Source of the DNA: Desulfatiglandales bacterium
GTDB lineage: Bacteria > Desulfobacterota > DSM-4660 > Desulfatiglandales > Desulfatiglandaceae
Assembly (NCBI GenBank): GCA_963662465.1
Contig: OY759599.1
Span: forward strand, 864,001 to 928,000
Reading direction: 5' to 3'
Length of the DNA: 64,000 bases
Shown here one piece after another: positions 58,652 to 64,000 of the stretch (position 1 is the stretch's first letter; each line of letters begins with the position of its first letter). The notes beneath the pieces are model-generated. The model searched no databases and was not told the origin of the DNA. It worked only from the letters and a program-made list of their open reading frames with translations. The translations under genes were made by a program, and so were the position numbers.

Positions 58652-60553
58652 ATGGCGCCCAAGGGGCTCTTCTTGAAGCATTTATCAAAGGGTAAAGGTT
58701 TGTTTCATTTGGGAATTACCGGCAAACTACTGTGGATTGTCCTCCCGCTGGTGGTTTTGCCCTGTCTTGTCACCGGTGGCTTGGGGTATTTTGCATCAGA
58801 AGAGATCGTTACGCGTCTGCTCAACCAATCCCAGATCAACCTGGCCCGGGAAATCGCGGAGGAGATTGACCAGGTTTTTAATGTATGCCGAGCGGATCTT
58901 GAAATGATCTCCCATTTGCCGGTATTAAGAGACTATTACCTCAACCGCTTTTACGCTCTGGATTCGGAAGCGGGAATCAACCGCAAGGAAGCGGAAAGGT
59001 TTTTCAAGGATGTAGCCCGAAAATCCACCCTTTACTATCGAATTTCCTATATGGATGCCAAGGGTGTGCCGGTGGCATGTGTTCAGGAAGGCCGGATTGT
59101 TTCACTGAAGGGCATACTAAATGACTTGACCTCAATCTCGCAAAAACAACATTTTACCCCAAACAATACGGTGGTTTCCCCGGTTCGGAATTCCGAGCCG
59201 GAAGGGCGGTTGGTGTCACCGATGGCCCAACCATTGTTTGACAGATGGCATGAACTCTCAGGCATTGTTCAGATCGATCTTGACATCAACGAACTGGGAC
59301 GCCGCATTCTGTCTCGCCGGGTGGGCGTGAACGGCTATGCCTTCGTTCTGGATCATTCCGGAAGGATTCTCATTCATCCTGAACCCGTGCACGTCGGAAG
59401 AATGATCAGTCAAGTGGGGAACCCGTCTTTGGAGGCAATGTTTCGGGAAATGGTGGAACAGGGTCAGGGGATGTTATCTTATGACTACCAGGGAAACAGA
59501 ATCGCCGCCTTTACCGGGGTTCGGGAACTGGGTTGGACCATTGCCGTAACACTGCCGGTTGCCGAGTTCAAAGCCCATGTCACCGTCATTAAAAAGCAGG
59601 TCCTTCAGATCATCATGGTCGCCGCATCACTGGCCCTGGCGGCGGGTATTTTTTTCTCATGGCATTTTCTTCGTCCCATAAAAAAACTGGCCCGAGCGAC
59701 CCATGTCATCGCTGAAGGCCGTTTGCCCGAAAAGATTCATTTTGACTCCAATGACGAGTTGGGTATGTTAACCCGCTCGTTTAACCAGATGGTCAAAAAC
59801 CTTCGCCGCATTCAATCGGAGTTGGTCAAAAGCGAAAAGCTGGTTTCCGTGGGTCGTTTGGCGTCGGGGGTCGCCCATGAGGTTCGCAACCCACTGAACA
59901 CCATGAATGTCACATTGGGTTTGCTCAAGCGAAGGGTAGCGGGGAATAAAGAGGTGATGGCGCTGGCTGATACCATTTCCGCGGAGATTTCTCAGTTGGA
60001 TCATTTTCTCTCGGATTTCCTGAACTATTCCAGGCAGCCCCCTCCCAAGCCGACGCCGACGAATGTCAATGCGATGGCCGAAGATATTCTGTCGGGATAT
60101 GCTGCCCGGGCCATGGAAAAGGACATCACTTTAAAAAGCCGATTGGATCCGAATCTTCCGCTTTTCCCACTGGACCCGTTTCAGGCCGAAAGAGCCATTG
60201 TGAATATCGTGGTCAACGCCATTGAAGCGATGCCCCAAGGGGGCGAGCTGATCGTATCAACCAAATGGCATCCGTCTACAAATGAAGGCAGCGAGAGAGA
60301 ATTTCTGGAATTCTCCATTGCCGATACCGGGAAGGGGTTGTCGCTTGATGAACTTCAGAGCGTGCTGGATCCCTTTTACACCACAAAAGAGCTGGGCACG
60401 GGTTTAGGTCTGCCGATTTCCCAAAGCATTATCGAAAGCCACGGGGGCCATATCCAAATCCGGTCCGAACCGGGGTGGGGAACCACGGTAACCATTGCGT
60501 TGCCCATGCCCGATGCACGGGCAGATGGAGGTTTTGATCATGAGCAGGTTTAG
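58652..60553 (+). CDS. Cache-HAMP sensor histidine kinase
   Basis: AHEVRNPL, DTGKG, GTGLGL; paralog of 41153. Confidence 0.9.
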   Translation: MAPKGLFLKHLSKGKGLFHLGITGKLLWIVLPLVVLPCLVTGGLGYFASEEIVTRLLNQSQINLAREIAEEIDQVFNVCRADLEMISHLPVLRDYYLNRFYALDSEAGINRKEAERFFKDVARKSTLYYRISYMDAKGVPVACVQEGRIVSLKGILNDLTSISQKQHFTPNNTVVSPVRNSEPEGRLVSPMAQPLFDRWHELSGIVQIDLDINELGRRILSRRVGVNGYAFVLDHSGRILIHPEPVHVGRMISQVGNPSLEAMFREMVEQGQGMLSYDYQGNRIAAFTGVRELGWTIAVTLPVAEFKAHVTVIKKQVLQIIMVAASLALAAGIFFSWHFLRPIKKLARATHVIAEGRLPEKIHFDSNDELGMLTRSFNQMVKNLRRIQSELVKSEKLVSVGRLASGVAHEVRNPLNTMNVTLGLLKRRVAGNKEVMALADTISAEISQLDHFLSDFLNYSRQPPPKPTPTNVNAMAEDILSGYAARAMEKDITLKSRLDPNLPLFPLDPFQAERAIVNIVVNAIEAMPQGGELIVSTKWHPSTNEGSEREFLEFSIADTGKGLSLDELQSVLDPFYTTKELGTGLGLPISQSIIESHGGHIQIRSEPGWGTTVTIALPMPDARADGGFDHEQV

Positions 60554-61913
60554 AGTACTCCTCGTAGATGATAATGCCGGCTCTTTGAGAGCGTTGGATG
60601 CTTTCCTCCATGAAGAGGGGTACGAAGCTGTAACCACCACGGACCCACTGAAAGCCGAGAAGATGTTCAAAGAGGGACCCCCGTTTGACATCGTATTGTC
60701 TGACCTTAAAATGCCGGGGATTGATGGATTACAGCTTTTTCACAGGTTGAAATCCTTGGACCGGCAACTGCTTTTCATCATTATGACTGCGCACGGCACC
60801 ATTGAATCCAGTGTAAAGGCCCTGAAAGAAGGCGTATACGACTATCTGGTGAAGCCCATTAACATCGATGAACTCTCCATCGTGCTGGAAAAAAGCCTGC
60901 GGGAACGTAAACAGGCCTTGGAATTAGATGCCCTTCGTCATGTGGTCAAGGCGCAATACGGCTTTGACAACATTGTCAGTGAAAGCCCTCAAATGGACGA
61001 AGTCTACAGCATTCTGAAGGCCGTATCGCCAACGGATGCCACCGTCCTCGTGACCGGTGAAACGGGTACGGGCAAGGAGTTGGTTACAAATGCTATTCAC
61101 TACAACAGTCGCCGCAATGGCGGTCCCCTTATTTGCATAAACTGCGCTGCCCTTTCAGAGCATTTACTGGAAGCGGAATTGTTCGGGTATGTCAAAGGGG
61201 CCTTTACCGGTGCAACTACCGATCGCATCGGCCGTCTGGAAGCGGCTCACAGGGGAACGCTTTTCCTGGACGAGGTGGGGCAGATGAGTTTATCGCTGCA
61301 GGCCAAGCTGCTCCGTTTCCTTGAGGAAAGGACCTTCGAACCGGTGGGCGCCGTCAATACGCGGACGGTTGATGTTCGCATCATTGCGGCCACCAACAAG
61401 GATTTGCGGAAGGAAGTTGAGACGCGGCGGTTCCTTCCTGACTTTTTTTACAGGCTTCAGGTGATCCGTATCCCCATTCCCCCGTTGCGGGATCGTAAAG
61501 TTGATATTCCCCCTTTGGTTAACCACTTTCTTCAGAAGGCCGCAACGGCAAACAACCGCGATGTCCCCGCCATTGCGTCCGAAGCCATGGATGCGTTGCT
61601 GTCCTATTCCTGGCCGGGCAACGTTCGGGAGGTCAGAAATGTCATCGATCGTGTCGTCATTCTGGCACGCCACCACACCATTGAACTGAAAGATTTGCCG
61701 CCGGAAATACTCCCTTCAGGTCTGTCCGGTAAGGCGGATACACCCTTTATCAATTGTCTGCCCCCCGAGGGTTTAGAACTGAGACACGTTGAAAAAGAAC
61801 TCATCAAAAAAACCTTGGCGCAGTTCCAGGGCCACCGTTCCAGGACAGCCCAGGCGTTGGGTATCTCCAGAAAATCGTTATATGAACGAATGCATCGATT
61901 TAAACTGAAATGA
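60540..61913 (+). CDS. Sigma54-dependent response regulator
   Basis: GETGTGKE, GAFTGA, WPGNVRE, HTH. Confidence 0.93.
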   Translation: MSRFRVLLVDDNAGSLRALDAFLHEEGYEAVTTTDPLKAEKMFKEGPPFDIVLSDLKMPGIDGLQLFHRLKSLDRQLLFIIMTAHGTIESSVKALKEGVYDYLVKPINIDELSIVLEKSLRERKQALELDALRHVVKAQYGFDNIVSESPQMDEVYSILKAVSPTDATVLVTGETGTGKELVTNAIHYNSRRNGGPLICINCAALSEHLLEAELFGYVKGAFTGATTDRIGRLEAAHRGTLFLDEVGQMSLSLQAKLLRFLEERTFEPVGAVNTRTVDVRIIAATNKDLRKEVETRRFLPDFFYRLQVIRIPIPPLRDRKVDIPPLVNHFLQKAATANNRDVPAIASEAMDALLSYSWPGNVREVRNVIDRVVILARHHTIELKDLPPEILPSGLSGKADTPFINCLPPEGLELRHVEKELIKKTLAQFQGHRSRTAQALGISRKSLYERMHRFKLK

Positions 61914-62152
61914 GTTTCCTGGGAACTTGTGTATTTTGGTAACGACTTCGCCTTTCTAACGGGTAGATTTGTTACCACTCTTCCATCCTTATCTTACAAC
62001 ATACTGTTATTACAACTGATATTCGCTTTTTGGGCATTAAGGGCGGAGACGCCGAATATATTTCTAAAGTTGTTGCTGTCCGTTAAATCAGGCCTCGGGC
62101 GGGTTTTCAGGTGGATTCCCACATCGGTACGGATGCAGTTCGAATGGGGAAA

Positions 62153-62249
62153 TGTTACCAAAGGTTACAAAATAGAGTCTGAATGGGTTTGTTTTTTTTC
62201 TTAACCTACTGAAAAGTATTGAAATGTTGTTCCTGGCATCCTTTGTGCA
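62153..62249 (+). promoter_or_regulatory. Enhancer site and sigma54 promoter
   Basis: TGTTACCAAAGGTTACA at about 62153; TGGCATCCTTTGTGCA at 62234-62249. Confidence 0.7.
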
Positions 62250-62381
62250 GTTAGAAGACGGTGATTGACGTCTGAAAAAGGAAGCTTTTCCCCTGTTTCA
62301 GGATCCGGTGCGGTATTTGTCCTTGAATAATAAGATTTTGACATTGCAGCATAATTCGAAATCCCAAAAAGGAGGAACATC

Positions 62382-63599
62382 ATGGCAATTAGTATCGAAA
62401 GAAAACAATTTCCGTTGCTTTATGTGCATCAGCATTCCCGAGGTATTTTCGGTTTCGGGGCCCACCAAATGGCGGGGCAGGAATGCCAGATGTACGGTAT
62501 CAAGCATGCTCTGCTCGTCACTACCGGCCTAAGAGGAACGGGGATCGTTGACGAGGTGGAAGGCGTCCTTAAGGCTAACGGTATTGCCGTAACCCGTTTC
62601 GAAGGGTTCACATCCAATCCCAAGGATTTCGAATGTGTGGAAGGGACAAAGGTCTACCTTGAGGCAGAGTGTGACGGTATTGTATCGGTGGGTGGCGGCA
62701 GTGCCCATGATGGCGCTAAGGGTATCCGGATTATGGTAACGAATGATGGGCCTGATACAAGCCTCAAGGATTTTTGCGCTGTTCTGGACCCTCACTATAC
62801 GACCCGCATCCCTACTTACAAAGTCGTGAATATTCCACATGTGGCAATTAATACGACCACCGGCACGGGGGCGGAGGGCACGGCTTTTGCCATCATTAAT
62901 GACTCGGACTGGGTGTACAAACTCATCCTGGTGGTCCCGGGCGTGGCGCCGTCGGTGGGTATAAATGATCCCGCATTCATGAGACTCCAACCGCCGCAGT
63001 TAGTTGCCTGGACCGGAATAGATGCCTTTTGTCATGCCATGGAGCCTGGTATCGGCCGTTTTAATATGCCCGTGGTCCATGCTACCGCTATGAGGGCAAT
63101 CAAGCTGTTGAGTGAGAATATCCGACAGGCCTATGCCAATCCCGCCAATGACGTGGCGATTGAGAACATGGCCTGGGCACAGTTCATTGCCTCCATGTCT
63201 TATAATCTGGGAGGGGGCATGGGGATGGTTCACGGTACGGCCCATATGCTGTCGGTGATCAAGGACCTTCATCATGGTTACACCAACGCTATTATGATGT
63301 TGCCGGTGGAGCGTTTTAATGCGATGGCCTGCCCTGAGAAATTTAAGGAGATCGGAGAGGCCATGGGACTGGATATCCACCATATGAATCCAGTCCATGC
63401 GACTGACGTGACACTTGATGAAATTGAGAGACTCAGAAATGATGTGGGTATTCCCCAAGTCCCGCTCAAGGAGTTCGATTTCAGTGAGGCGGACATTGAG
63501 CATACTGCCAAATGGGCTATTAATGACCTGTCAAGGGAAGCCAATCCTCGCGACATTACACCGGAACAGATCAAGGAAATTATGCGTTCCTGTATTTGA
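62382..63599 (+). CDS. Iron-containing alcohol dehydrogenase, Mdo/MNO-like
   Basis: TTGLRGTGI, SNPKDF, GGGSAHDGAKG, DAFCHAME, HHG. Confidence 0.85.
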   Translation: MAISIERKQFPLLYVHQHSRGIFGFGAHQMAGQECQMYGIKHALLVTTGLRGTGIVDEVEGVLKANGIAVTRFEGFTSNPKDFECVEGTKVYLEAECDGIVSVGGGSAHDGAKGIRIMVTNDGPDTSLKDFCAVLDPHYTTRIPTYKVVNIPHVAINTTTGTGAEGTAFAIINDSDWVYKLILVVPGVAPSVGINDPAFMRLQPPQLVAWTGIDAFCHAMEPGIGRFNMPVVHATAMRAIKLLSENIRQAYANPANDVAIENMAWAQFIASMSYNLGGGMGMVHGTAHMLSVIKDLHHGYTNAIMMLPVERFNAMACPEKFKEIGEAMGLDIHHMNPVHATDVTLDEIERLRNDVGIPQVPLKEFDFSEADIEHTAKWAINDLSREANPRDITPEQIKEIMRSCI

Positions 63600-63689
63600 T
63601 TGACTGATCATTTTGAGTTTGACCTTAATGCCATCTATCCTGGGAGGATGGATGGTTTCAAATTAAACGTTAGGGACAGGAGGAATTAG

Positions 63690-64000
63690 ATGGATTACAA
63701 AGTGCTCATCGGTGGTGAATGGATGTCCGCTGAAAGTGGAGAGACGATTACGATTATTAATCCGGCTAACGGGGAGGTGGTTGGGACCGTTCCCAAATGC
63801 GGCGATGCTGAAGTGGAAAAGGCCGTTGCCGCAGCCCAAAAGGCCTTTCCCGGTTGGGCGGGCAAAACCATGACCGAAAGGTCCAAAGTGCTCCTGAAAA
63901 TGTCCCAACTTATCATGGCGCACCAGGAAGAACTCGCCACTCTGGAAACCCGGGAGCATGGCTCCCCAATCCGTAAAACCATGAATTTCGATGTGCCCCT
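63690..64000 (+). CDS. Aldehyde dehydrogenase (partial, runs off window)
   Basis: MDYKVLIGGEW...INPANGEVVG...AVAAAQKAFPGW...LATLETREHGSPI. Confidence 0.85.
   Translation, partial: MDYKVLIGGEWMSAESGETITIINPANGEVVGTVPKCGDAEVEKAVAAAQKAFPGWAGKTMTERSKVLLKMSQLIMAHQEELATLETREHGSPIRKTMNFDVP

Noticed and set aside
1..64000. CRISPR array, tRNA, rRNA, prophage or intact integrase
   Set aside because: No regularly spaced repeats, structural RNA signatures, phage genes or tyrosine recombinase motifs were seen.

Overview
This 64 kb bacterial window looks like an anaerobic Desulfobacterota-type genome, judging by gene content and style. 0-17 kb: a MarR-associated catabolic cluster (FAD/FeS/FAD oxidoreductase trio, acyl-CoA ligase, TRAP transporter, orphan DUF262 protein, three-subunit molybdo-flavoenzyme, receiver protein, adenine deaminase). 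17-26 kb: a heavily eroded mosaic zone with a TA pair, a MITE, REP elements, fused gene fragments and a decayed ArsR/thioredoxin/CcdA operon. That operon contains a candidate unannotated selenoprotein with two in-frame UGA codons and a SECIS-like hairpin. 26-39 kb: a TetR-associated operon (pseudogenised CoA ligase, HcrA-like molybdoenzyme, acyl-CoA dehydrogenase with a C-terminal extension), followed by a deletion-collapsed tandem copy of the 6.8-33.8 kb block. 41-51 and 58-64 kb: two paralogous histidine kinase/sigma54-activator modules, one beside a branched-chain ABC transporter and one beside an Mdo-like Fe-alcohol dehydrogenase and an aldehyde dehydrogenase. 51.3-57.3 kb: an integrase-less integron cassette array (four attC sites) carrying a 3.3 kb restriction-modification-like cassette. 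All calls come from reading the sequence; no database searches were run.
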